Shown here piece after piece: positions 35,672-43,350 of a stretch of 64,000 bases of DNA (positions within the stretch are counted from its first letter, which is position 1; the number at the start of each line of letters is the position of its first letter). The notes below the pieces were generated by a model, which saw only the letters and a program-made list of their open reading frames with translations, did not search any database and was not told the origin of the DNA. The stretch spans positions 3,454 to 67,453 of the forward strand of contig SVQQ01000003.1 in assembly GCA_015065265.1 (NCBI GenBank). Direction: 5' to 3'. This stretch comes from Oscillospiraceae bacterium. Lineage in GTDB: Bacteria > Bacillota > Clostridia > Oscillospirales > SIG627. A program made the translations under genes and the position numbers.

Positions 35672-37066
35672 TCAAGAGTTTTTGTACATTGTGAGGTATT
35701 CTTTGGTATTGTCGATCATTTCGTCGAAAAGTTGTCTTGCTTCCTTGGTATTTATTGTCACAAGTTGGTCGTTTGCAAAGGCTGTAAACGCTTTTTCAAG
35801 GTCACGTTCAAAAGCCGCCTCAATTACAAGTTCCTGTTCGCCTACAACTCTTGAAATGATGGGGTAAAGTTCTTTTGGGAGAGGCCCTGCACATACAGGC
35901 TTTAGACTTCCGTTTGTGAAGGAAGCGTTAGTTTCAACAACCGCGTCCATTGGAAGATTGGGAATTTGTCCCATATTAGGCAGGTTTACGTTAGTGATAA
36001 GGTCTTCAAGACCAAGAAGTGCACGCATCTGATTTACGCCTTCTTCACCTGTCTTTTTGATTACAACGGGAATTTTTCCGTTTCTCATATCTTCGCTCTT
36101 CTGAAGTCTGTCCCCAAGGTCCTTAATTCTCCAAGCAACCGTAGTAAGTCCAAACCCCCACTCTTTTACCTTCTCGGGAGATTCGAGATACCACTTACCT
36201 TCGCAGTCCTCTGCAAGATGTCTGTCACCTGCCGCCGCGATGTATCCGTAACGCTTGAAGAGGTCGAACTTAACCTTGTCAGAGCAGTCGAAATGGTCGT
36301 TGAGCCAGTTGTCGTCCTTGCCCTTGGTGTAGCCTGTTTCGGCATATTTTTCTGCAAATACTTTATAATCTTTGAAAATATCAATGTCCTTGTACTTTGC
36401 CGCAGTTATCCAGGTAAAGTGGTTAAGACCTGTAACTTCAACGTTTATTTCTTCTCTCTTAACACCCTTGATTCCGTGCATATCTTCAAGAAGACTTGCA
36501 AGGAGTTTCTGAGTGCCGAATACTTCGTGACAACATCCGAAAGCCTTGATTTTCGGGAACGCCTTGTAAAGTGCTCTTGTACATATGGTCATAGGATTTG
36601 TGTAGTTTATAACCCAAGCGTCAGGACAGTACTTTTCAATGTTCTTTGCAATTTCTTCAAACATAGGAACAGTACGAAGCGCCCTTACAATACCGCCTGG
36701 TCCTACAGTATCTCCAACAGACTGGTAAATTCCGTATTTTTCGGGAGTATGTACGTCACTTTCCATTTCCTTAAAAGTTCCGGGAAGAATTGATATAACT
36801 ACGAAATTTGCGCCTGTCAGAGCCTCACCGATAGTCTTTGTCGCCTTGTAATCCCAGTGAGTACAAGCACCTTCAGCAGAATTGTACATATTGCCGATTA
36901 TTTCGTTGTGCTGTGCCGCTTCATAATCAATGTCGTAAAGGGCAACTTCGCCGCTGATATCACCCGCTGATACAAGGTCACTCATAAGACCCCAAGCCCA
37001 ACCTCTTGAGCCACCGCCGATATACGCAATTTTAATACCTTCTACGCCTTTGTCTGTGTATTTCAT
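35672..37066 (-). CDS. family 4 glycoside hydrolase, probable alpha-galacturonidase (LplD-like)
   Basis: NAD-binding IAYIGGGS, QSVGDTVGPGG, NYTNP and the CHEV motif. Confidence 0.85.
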   Translation of the reverse strand: MKYTDKGVEGIKIAYIGGGSRGWAWGLMSDLVSAGDISGEVALYDIDYEAAQHNEIIGNMYNSAEGACTHWDYKATKTIGEALTGANFVVISILPGTFKEMESDVHTPEKYGIYQSVGDTVGPGGIVRALRTVPMFEEIAKNIEKYCPDAWVINYTNPMTICTRALYKAFPKIKAFGCCHEVFGTQKLLASLLEDMHGIKGVKREEINVEVTGLNHFTWITAAKYKDIDIFKDYKVFAEKYAETGYTKGKDDNWLNDHFDCSDKVKFDLFKRYGYIAAAGDRHLAEDCEGKWYLESPEKVKEWGFGLTTVAWRIKDLGDRLQKSEDMRNGKIPVVIKKTGEEGVNQMRALLGLEDLITNVNLPNMGQIPNLPMDAVVETNASFTNGSLKPVCAGPLPKELYPIISRVVGEQELVIEAAFERDLEKAFTAFANDQLVTINTKEARQLFDEMIDNTKEYLTMYKNS

Positions 37067-37209
37067 AACTTTTTTCCTCTTTTATGTATTTTATAGTTTG
37101 ATTTTATATCAATTTTTCAAAAAAATCCTCTGTAATATTGACAAAATGTATAGTTTTTCTTGATTTTTTTGATATTTTGTCTTATACTAATATAAAAGGT
37201 GGTGAAGAA

Positions 37210-38010
37210 ATGGAACAGGGCATTTCATTTTCCGATAAAAAGAACTTCTATTACGAACAGGTGGAAAACGACCCTAAGAGGTCAGCACAAATGTTGTCCC
37301 ACCATTATCACAGTTTCTTTGAAGTCTATTATCTTGAAAAAGGGGAGTGTAACTACTTCGTAGGCGGTCGCACCTATCACGCGATTGCAGGTGACGTTGT
37401 GATTATCCCCGAGGGAGTAATACATAAGACTACCTATAACGCTCCATACCTTCGCAGAATTATATACTTCACCAGACACTTTCTTCCATCGTCTGTAATA
37501 AAAGCCCTTCCCACAATGCTCTACCTCTACCGAAACCCCGATATTTCAGACAGTATAAGAGAAATATTCGACGAAATAAAAGGGGAGTATAACTGCCCTG
37601 ACCAATATACCGAGGACAGTCTCAAAAGCCTTGTGTACAGACTGTTTTTCCTACTTGCAAGAAACCTTAACAAAACTATGGAAAAAGCAAGTAACTCGGA
37701 CTTCGTTATCGAGGCGGTAAAACTTGTAGGTGATAACTATATGTCGGACATCACCCTTAAAAGTATGGCACAGAAACTCTCGGTAAGCCCCGAACACCTG
37801 TCCCGAACCTTCAAGAAAGAAACAGGCTTTGGCTTTAACGAATATCTCACCCTGGTAAGACTTCAAAAAGCCGAGACTATGCTCCGCGAAGAAGATAATA
37901 TAAGTATCTCCCACGTGTCCTCAAAATGCGGATTTAATGACAGTAACTACTTTTCGGATAAATTCAAAAAGTATTACGGAGTGTCCCCACTGAAATATAG
38001 AAAGAACTGA
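37210..38010 (+). CDS. AraC family transcriptional regulator
   Basis: Cupin HYHSFFEVYY, HLSRTFKKETG and CGFNDSNYFS motifs. ATG at 37210. Confidence 0.93.
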   Translation: MEQGISFSDKKNFYYEQVENDPKRSAQMLSHHYHSFFEVYYLEKGECNYFVGGRTYHAIAGDVVIIPEGVIHKTTYNAPYLRRIIYFTRHFLPSSVIKALPTMLYLYRNPDISDSIREIFDEIKGEYNCPDQYTEDSLKSLVYRLFFLLARNLNKTMEKASNSDFVIEAVKLVGDNYMSDITLKSMAQKLSVSPEHLSRTFKKETGFGFNEYLTLVRLQKAETMLREEDNISISHVSSKCGFNDSNYFSDKFKKYYGVSPLKYRKN

Positions 38011-38015
38011 TTTTT

Positions 38016-38056
38016 AATCTTTGCACCCTAAAATAAATTTTGGGGTGCATTTTTTA
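38016..38056. terminator. bidirectional terminator
   Basis: GCACCCTA..TGGGGTGC with flanking T runs. Confidence 0.6.
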
Positions 38057-39541
38057 TTTCTTTATAATTTTAAGGCCTTCACCTTCACCGTAACGCTTTC
38101 CCGTCTTGTCATAAAGAACTTTATAACAAACACCGTCAATCCACAGGTTGTCCACTAAAAAATAGTCCCAGTTTTCAGGAATGTTCGGAGTCACCTCAAG
38201 TTTACCCATATTACTTTTTATTCCTAAAACACCTCTGAGAACAATGTGACAGAACGCCGAGTGATTGTAGTCTCGTCCTCTTTCGACGCCGCCTTTTCTT
38301 TCAGGCCAACCCCAATTTTCAAGGACCTTTCTGCTACTCCATTCATCAGTTATAGGGTCTTTTACTTCGTCTATCCAACAGATTTTCTTTCCGTCTTCCA
38401 TAACTCTGTAATGCATCTTTGCATAGTCTGAAACCATTTTGTAAAAGTCTGTGTATGTAAGATACTCTTGCTCATAGTTTTCAAGCAGATTTATTACCGC
38501 CACAAGTGTTTGAGTCGTAGCATAGGGCCACACGTATCCGTTCCACAAACAAGAATGAGGGTAAGAGTACATAAAGCGCGGATGCCTCTGTTCCGCAGTT
38601 GTTAACCCGTTATTTGACATAAACCCGCAAGGGTCTGTCAAATCCCGAAAAACTTTCTCATACCCTTTTGGCATAAGGTTGAAATACCAAGGTAGATATC
38701 CTATAAGTTCTCTTGCATTCCTGTCTTGTTGTACCTCTGTCACCTTGGGAAAATTTGCAGGGATACGGGTTAAAGAATGAGTTGCCTTAAAGAAAGACCC
38801 GTCCCAGAGAAGTTCTATCATTTTTTGAATAATAAATTCACCTTTTTTTCGATACTTCTCCTCAAGGTCTAATCTACCACTTGCCTTTGCAATTTTAGAC
38901 AGAGCAAAAGCGTTACCCGCCATATAGGAGTTGAGAGTAGGACGAAGCCCCGGGAAAGCCTTTTCCTCAATGGTACGCCCACCGCTTATACTGCACTCCA
39001 TAGCATCGTCACCGTCATAGGAAAAATAGAGTCCAGTGTCAGTTATATGCGCCTTTTCAAAGGTCTCGAAATACTGGACGAGTAAATCAAGATTTTTTAT
39101 TGCAAACTCCATATTGTTGCAGTGAATACAATACTCTAAAACGGAATAAATAAACCAAGTGCTGTAATCGTAAATATTACCTTTTTTATCAAGGTAAAAC
39201 TGGGTGTAATCTGCAAGAATTTCTTTTCCGCATTTAAGCCACTTCGCCTCGTTTACCTGATGCCCGAAGGGCGCAACAATGGCATTGTGAAGTGAAGCCC
39301 AAGGAACGTTAGGTAAAAACTCCGTTATAACGTATCCGTCACAGGTGTGCTTTATGTGCTTTCTGAAAGTCCACCAACGAAAATAGTATATTTCTTCAAG
39401 AGTGGCGTCAGGACACTCAAAAAGAGGAATATTCTCTTTTAAAAATTCAAAAGCACGGCTGTTGTCAATGGTGTTTTTGTGCATTTCACAGTCGTCCGAA
39501 TTGAACTTATCAACGTAATTTTTGAGTTTATTTAAAAGCAT
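38054..39541 (-). CDS. (alpha/alpha)6-barrel glycoside hydrolase (MGH1/GH63-like)
   Basis: YYFRWWTFRKHI, DGDDAME, WNGYVWPYAT and RDYNHS motifs. ATG at 39541 after AAGGAG. Confidence 0.7.
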   Translation of the reverse strand: MLLNKLKNYVDKFNSDDCEMHKNTIDNSRAFEFLKENIPLFECPDATLEEIYYFRWWTFRKHIKHTCDGYVITEFLPNVPWASLHNAIVAPFGHQVNEAKWLKCGKEILADYTQFYLDKKGNIYDYSTWFIYSVLEYCIHCNNMEFAIKNLDLLVQYFETFEKAHITDTGLYFSYDGDDAMECSISGGRTIEEKAFPGLRPTLNSYMAGNAFALSKIAKASGRLDLEEKYRKKGEFIIQKMIELLWDGSFFKATHSLTRIPANFPKVTEVQQDRNARELIGYLPWYFNLMPKGYEKVFRDLTDPCGFMSNNGLTTAEQRHPRFMYSYPHSCLWNGYVWPYATTQTLVAVINLLENYEQEYLTYTDFYKMVSDYAKMHYRVMEDGKKICWIDEVKDPITDEWSSRKVLENWGWPERKGGVERGRDYNHSAFCHIVLRGVLGIKSNMGKLEVTPNIPENWDYFLVDNLWIDGVCYKVLYDKTGKRYGEGEGLKIIKK

Positions 39542-39706
39542 AACGGTACTCCTTACAGTTACTAAGTAAGATTGTAGCACAAAGAAAAAGTTTTTTCAAG
39601 ATAAATAGTTTGCACTAAAAAAAGAAGCCTCTTAAAGAAAATTCAACAAAAGTTAGTTTTTGCATATGATACATTGACCGAATAATAAATTTAGGAGGAA
39701 ATCAGA

Positions 39707-40519
39707 ATGATTCAAAAATGTTGTGCAACCGACGATAAAAACTGTTGTTGCAACGAAGACTTTTGTTGCATTGACACTAACCGCATATATGACACCAGCA
39801 GAACACAGGACTGTATTGAAGGTCTGAGAGTAATTCTCACACCGTCGGGTATGCAAGTACTTGAAAATTGCAGAAGCCCGAGAGCCAAGGAAGTACGCGT
39901 TATCTGGACCCAGATAAACACAGAGGAAATGCCCTTTAACAGCGGATACTATCAGGTAACGATACGCTATTATTTCTACGTAGTATTGACCTGTTGCGTA
40001 AACGGAACAAGTCAGGACATTGAAGGCCTTGCCATAAGCGAGAAAACGGTCGTTCTCTACGGAGGCGAGGGAAACGTCAGCGTCTTCATTTCAGACACTA
40101 ACCAGAACCCCTGCTACACTCCCAATTTGTGCAATACCTTACCTGCTTCAAACCGCCCCAAAGTAGTAGTTGAAGTGGCAACACCCATACCCCTTGCAGT
40201 AAGTGTCGTTGAAAACTGTAACGGAATACCCTTGCCACCCGAATACGACAATATTCCCGAACAGATATCCTGCCTCTTTGACGGAGGACTGGATACTTCA
40301 AATTGCGCTAAAATCGCAGTGTGTCTCACCCTTGGAATTTTTGCACTTGTAAGGATTGAACGCCCCTCACAACTTATCATACCTGCTTGTGACTATTGCA
40401 TTCCCGATACCGATAAGAGTCCCGTCAGCGTTACCGACCCTTGCTCAATGTTCTGCAATACGCCTTTTCCCATTGAGGAATTTTACCCCAGTGTCTGTGC
40501 CCAAAACAGAAACCAATAA
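39707..40519 (+). CDS. Cys-rich conserved hypothetical protein (possible spore coat protein)
   Basis: Many Cys (KCCATDDKNCCCNEDFCC, IDTNRIYD, CDYCIP). No TM or signal peptide. Confidence 0.7.
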   Translation: MIQKCCATDDKNCCCNEDFCCIDTNRIYDTSRTQDCIEGLRVILTPSGMQVLENCRSPRAKEVRVIWTQINTEEMPFNSGYYQVTIRYYFYVVLTCCVNGTSQDIEGLAISEKTVVLYGGEGNVSVFISDTNQNPCYTPNLCNTLPASNRPKVVVEVATPIPLAVSVVENCNGIPLPPEYDNIPEQISCLFDGGLDTSNCAKIAVCLTLGIFALVRIERPSQLIIPACDYCIPDTDKSPVSVTDPCSMFCNTPFPIEEFYPSVCAQNRNQ

Positions 40520-40536
40520 ATTTTTTTAAAAAACGC

Positions 40537-40565
40537 TTGACAAGAACGCTGTTTTATGATAATAT
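40537..40565 (+). promoter_or_regulatory. sigmaA promoter of tRNA-Val
   Basis: TTGACA-17-TAATAT with a TGn extension. Confidence 0.75.
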
Positions 40566-40575
40566 AGACAGCGTT

Positions 40576-40651
40576 GGGGGTTTAGCTCAGCTGGGAGAGC
40601 ATCTGCCTTACAAGCAGAGGGTCACAGGTTCGAGCCCTGTAGTCCCCACCA
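40576..40651 (+). tRNA. tRNA-Val (anticodon TAC)
   Basis: 76-nt cloverleaf with acceptor GGGGGTT/AGTCCCC, anticodon loop CTTACAA, TTCGA T-loop and encoded CCA. Confidence 0.97.
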
Positions 40652-40655
40652 AAAC

Positions 40656-40686
40656 AAAAAGGAACACCGAAGGGTGTTCCTTTTTT
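40656..40686 (+). terminator. tRNA terminator (copy 1)
   Basis: AAAAAGGAACACC-GAAG-GGTGTTCCTTTTT. Confidence 0.9.
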
Positions 40687-40843
40687 GTTTTGGTATAGAA
40701 TAGAAGAGAGGAGTTTTGTATCGTATACAAAAGCCCTTTTCCTTTACAAGAGCAAGAAAAATAGTAAAAATTTATTGCAAAAACATTTGAATTATGATAC
40801 AATATTTTATATGTATTTATGTGTTATTATGGGTGGTGAAAAT

Positions 40844-42070
40844 ATGGCAAAGACTAAAATAACAAATTATTTTCAAAAAATATTAGAAAAGTCAATGAAA
40901 TATTTGAAAGAAACCTTTTCCGATGATGAAATTAATGATTTAATACACCAGTGTCAACATTTAAATCAATTAAAAAAACATGATGAAATAGTATCCAAAT
41001 GGACAGAAATATATATATCAAATGTCAAAAGAAAATATCAAAAGGAACACGAGTATGATGATGATATAGCTTCATTTGTTGAACACAATCAACCTGAAAA
41101 AGTTAAAGTGATATGGGGTGATTGTCTAAACGTATTAAAATCATTAAAAAGCGAATCGGTTCATTTAATGGTTACCTCACCTCCATACTATAACGCGAGA
41201 GAGTACTCTCATTGGGATGACTTAAAAAAATACTTAGAGGATATGCGAGCAATTATAAAAGAGGCCTATAGAGTTCTTGATAATCACAGAGTTTTTGTGT
41301 GGAATGTAGGAGATATTTTCGATAACGATAATTTATTTACAAAATCAACATGGGGGAAAAGAAGGATCCCTTTAGGAGCATATTTTATTTCAATTTTTGA
41401 AGAAGAAGGTTTTACTTTTGTTGATGATTATATTTGGGATAAAGGAGAAGTACAATCTCAAAGGCACAAAAACGGAAATAAGCCCTATCCTTTTTATCAA
41501 TATCCAATGAATTGTTATGAACACATTCTTATTTTTCATAAACACAGAACTGATTACACAAGATATCCTTGTCCTGTTTGTGGATGTCTACAAGTAAATG
41601 GAAATGCATATAGCGAAATAGGTCATAAAAGTTGGGAATGCAAGAATCAAGAATGTTTTGAAAGAAGTGAAGCAAATAGAGGTAAGCGTTTTTCTGTTAA
41701 ATCTATACTTACACAAAGTCGTCAAAGTAATGAATTTGAAATTGAAGAAGATTTTATAAAAAAATGGCGGAGGGATGTTATAAAAATATCTCCGGTAATA
41801 AAGATTAATTCTAAAGGGGAAAATACATTAGGACATACTGCCCCATTCCCAGAAGAAATTCCTGAAATGGCAATAAAGTTCTTCTCATATCCTGGAGAAA
41901 TTGTAATGGATCCTTTTGGAGGAAGCATGACAACTCCAATTGTCGCGTCCAAGTTAAATAGAAATGGAGTAGGAGTAGAATTAAACAAAAATATGTTTGA
42001 AGATAGTATAAGAAAAAATATTACTAATAAACTCGGAATTGATAAAATGGAGGAATTTGAATATGAGTAA
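40844..42070 (+). CDS. site-specific DNA methyltransferase (beta-class N4/N6, SPPY motif)
   Basis: WGDCL, VTSPPYY (motif IV) preceding DPFGGS (motif I), HTAPFP and a CPVCGC..CKNQEC insert. ATG at 40844 after GGTGGTGA. Confidence 0.9.
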   Translation: MAKTKITNYFQKILEKSMKYLKETFSDDEINDLIHQCQHLNQLKKHDEIVSKWTEIYISNVKRKYQKEHEYDDDIASFVEHNQPEKVKVIWGDCLNVLKSLKSESVHLMVTSPPYYNAREYSHWDDLKKYLEDMRAIIKEAYRVLDNHRVFVWNVGDIFDNDNLFTKSTWGKRRIPLGAYFISIFEEEGFTFVDDYIWDKGEVQSQRHKNGNKPYPFYQYPMNCYEHILIFHKHRTDYTRYPCPVCGCLQVNGNAYSEIGHKSWECKNQECFERSEANRGKRFSVKSILTQSRQSNEFEIEEDFIKKWRRDVIKISPVIKINSKGENTLGHTAPFPEEIPEMAIKFFSYPGEIVMDPFGGSMTTPIVASKLNRNGVGVELNKNMFEDSIRKNITNKLGIDKMEEFEYE

Positions 42071-42710
42071 TTTTTCTGCCGATAGCATAGAAGAAAAAAA
42101 GAAATTAGTTATTGGATTATATGGTGAAATGCATTTGTCAATGCATCTTCATGAATTAGGGTGGCAGGTACATCGTGCATATATTGACGAAGGAATAGAT
42201 TTTACTATCACAAAATATTGGTGCCCTAAATGTAAAAAATATAGCAATCAATGGATTAGAAAAAGCAAATGGAAAACATCAACAGCAAAATGTGTTACTA
42301 ATTTATGCGAACATTGTAAAGAAACTGAGCTCAAGGTGATTTCAAGATATTTGCAAGTAAAGACATCAGAAGGAAAAGAAGTTACCGGCGATGATACTTG
42401 TAGAGATTTTAGTTTTCATCCCAAAATAAGATATGATATGGGCGATGATGTTTTTTATGTGTGGATTGCAGTTTTTAGTGATGATAAGGGAGAAAAACAA
42501 TGCTATTATTATATTTTTAACACAAAAGATGTAACCAAGTTTGATAATATAAATATTGATACATATCAAATAACAGACAACCAAAAAACAACTTTAAGAA
42601 TCAGGAAAGTTGACGGTGCGGTTATAAACAAAGGAAAAATATATGATTACAGTTGTTTTAACAAAAAATTCTTCTGCGATTTTAGTTGTCTGGAGCTAGA
42701 ACGAAAATAA
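42063..42710 (+). CDS. putative type II restriction endonuclease (PD-(D/E)xK-like, QxK variant)
   Basis: GLYGE..., DEGIDF and YLQVKTS core with a CPKC..CEHC insert. Overlaps the MTase stop codon. Confidence 0.65.
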   Translation: MSNFSADSIEEKKKLVIGLYGEMHLSMHLHELGWQVHRAYIDEGIDFTITKYWCPKCKKYSNQWIRKSKWKTSTAKCVTNLCEHCKETELKVISRYLQVKTSEGKEVTGDDTCRDFSFHPKIRYDMGDDVFYVWIAVFSDDKGEKQCYYYIFNTKDVTKFDNINIDTYQITDNQKTTLRIRKVDGAVINKGKIYDYSCFNKKFFCDFSCLELERK

Positions 42711-42780
42711 GATCGATGTAGGTGTACTTTTTTAACTTTTTACCTCGATTCTATTTCGTTTAGTTGTTCTTTAGCAAAAT

Positions 42781-42811
42781 AAAAAGGAACACCGAAAGGT
42801 GTTCCTTTTTT
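42781..42811 (+). terminator. terminator (copy 2, near-identical to the tRNA terminator)
   Basis: AAAAAGGAACACC-GAAA-GGTGTTCCTTTTT. Confidence 0.9.
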
Positions 42812-42981
42812 ATCCAATCCGAAGGATTGGTATGTAATCGCCGTAAGGCGTATGTAATCACGCGTTAGCGTGAATGTTATCACCGCAGGTGTATTTTCAT
42901 CGGATTGATTACATACATTTTCTTTGGAAAATGATTACATTCCGACTTCGTCGTATTACATACAAGGCTCCGCCTTGATTT
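42812..42981. repeat. multi-hairpin palindromic element A
   Basis: Three TATGTAATC-like units each followed by a short hairpin, mirrored by three GATTACAT(AC)-like units with hairpins. Ends CATACAAGGCTCCGCCTTGATTT. Confidence 0.8.
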
Positions 42982-43052
42982 GTTTTTAGTTGCTATGCCT
43001 GAGGAGAGAGCAGACCGAAGGTATGCGTCGAGCCCTGTAGTCCCCACCAACA

Positions 43053-43091
43053 AAAAACGCACTTTTGTCTACCGACAAAGGTGCGTTTTTT
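43053..43091 (+). terminator. terminator after the att copy
   Basis: AAAAAACGCACTTTTGTC-TACC-GACAAAGGTGCGTTTTTT. Confidence 0.85.
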
Positions 43092-43295
43092 GAATGATGT
43101 TTGCCTTCGGCAAATGATGTTGGCTTCGCCAATGATGACGGCTGCGCCTATTGATGCGCGGCTTCGCCACATTTTGGGGCAAACATCGCATCATTGCGAC
43201 CAACGGGAGCAACATCGTTTTGAGCATAGCGAAAACATCATATCGCCGTAAGGCGATGCATCATTTTCAAAGCATACAAGGCTCCGCCTTGATTT
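43092..43295. repeat. multi-hairpin palindromic element B
   Basis: AATGATGTT-like units with hairpins (GCCTTCGGC, GGCTTCGCC), mirrored by AACATC(A/G)T-like units. Has the same 23-nt 3' end as element A. Confidence 0.8.
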
Positions 43296-43317
43296 ATTTC
43301 TGCTTTTGTGCTATATT
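43289..43317 (+). promoter_or_regulatory. sigmaA promoter of the MATE gene, with its -35 inside element B
   Basis: TTGATT (43289-43294)-17-TATATT (43312-43317) with a TGn extension. Confidence 0.65.
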
Positions 43318-43350
43318 TGATAGGTAACGAAAACAAGCGAGGGAAAGACT

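Larger units (their letters stand above)
40630..43050. mobile_element. integrase-less genomic islet at tRNA-Val carrying a restriction-modification pair
   Basis: 23-bp direct repeat TCGAGCCCTGTAGTCCCCACCAA at 40630-40652 (tRNA 3' end) and 43028-43050. The interior is visibly AT-richer with different codon usage. Confidence 0.8.

Noticed and set aside
35966-36793. 275 aa antisense ORF over the GH4 gene
   Set aside because: Shadow ORF in the codon-symmetric frame with no recognisable domain.
40576-40651. Functional link between the local tRNA-Val(UAC) and the GUA T-box 5 kb away
   Set aside because: The tRNA is cognate, but tRNAs act in trans, so proximity adds no evidence.
40608-40802. Short minus-strand ORF ending LVGTTGLEPVTLCL (and 42880-43062 with LVGTTGL)
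   Set aside because: These are translations of the reverse complement of the tRNA and its att copy.
40685-40843. N-terminal extension of the MTase ORF as given in the track
   Set aside because: It starts inside the tRNA terminator and runs through promoter-like AT-rich DNA. The RBS supports ATG 40844.
42812-43295. CRISPR array
   Set aside because: The repeated words are only 8-10 nt, invert orientation midway and are separated by hairpins rather than unique 30-40 nt spacers. No cas genes are present.
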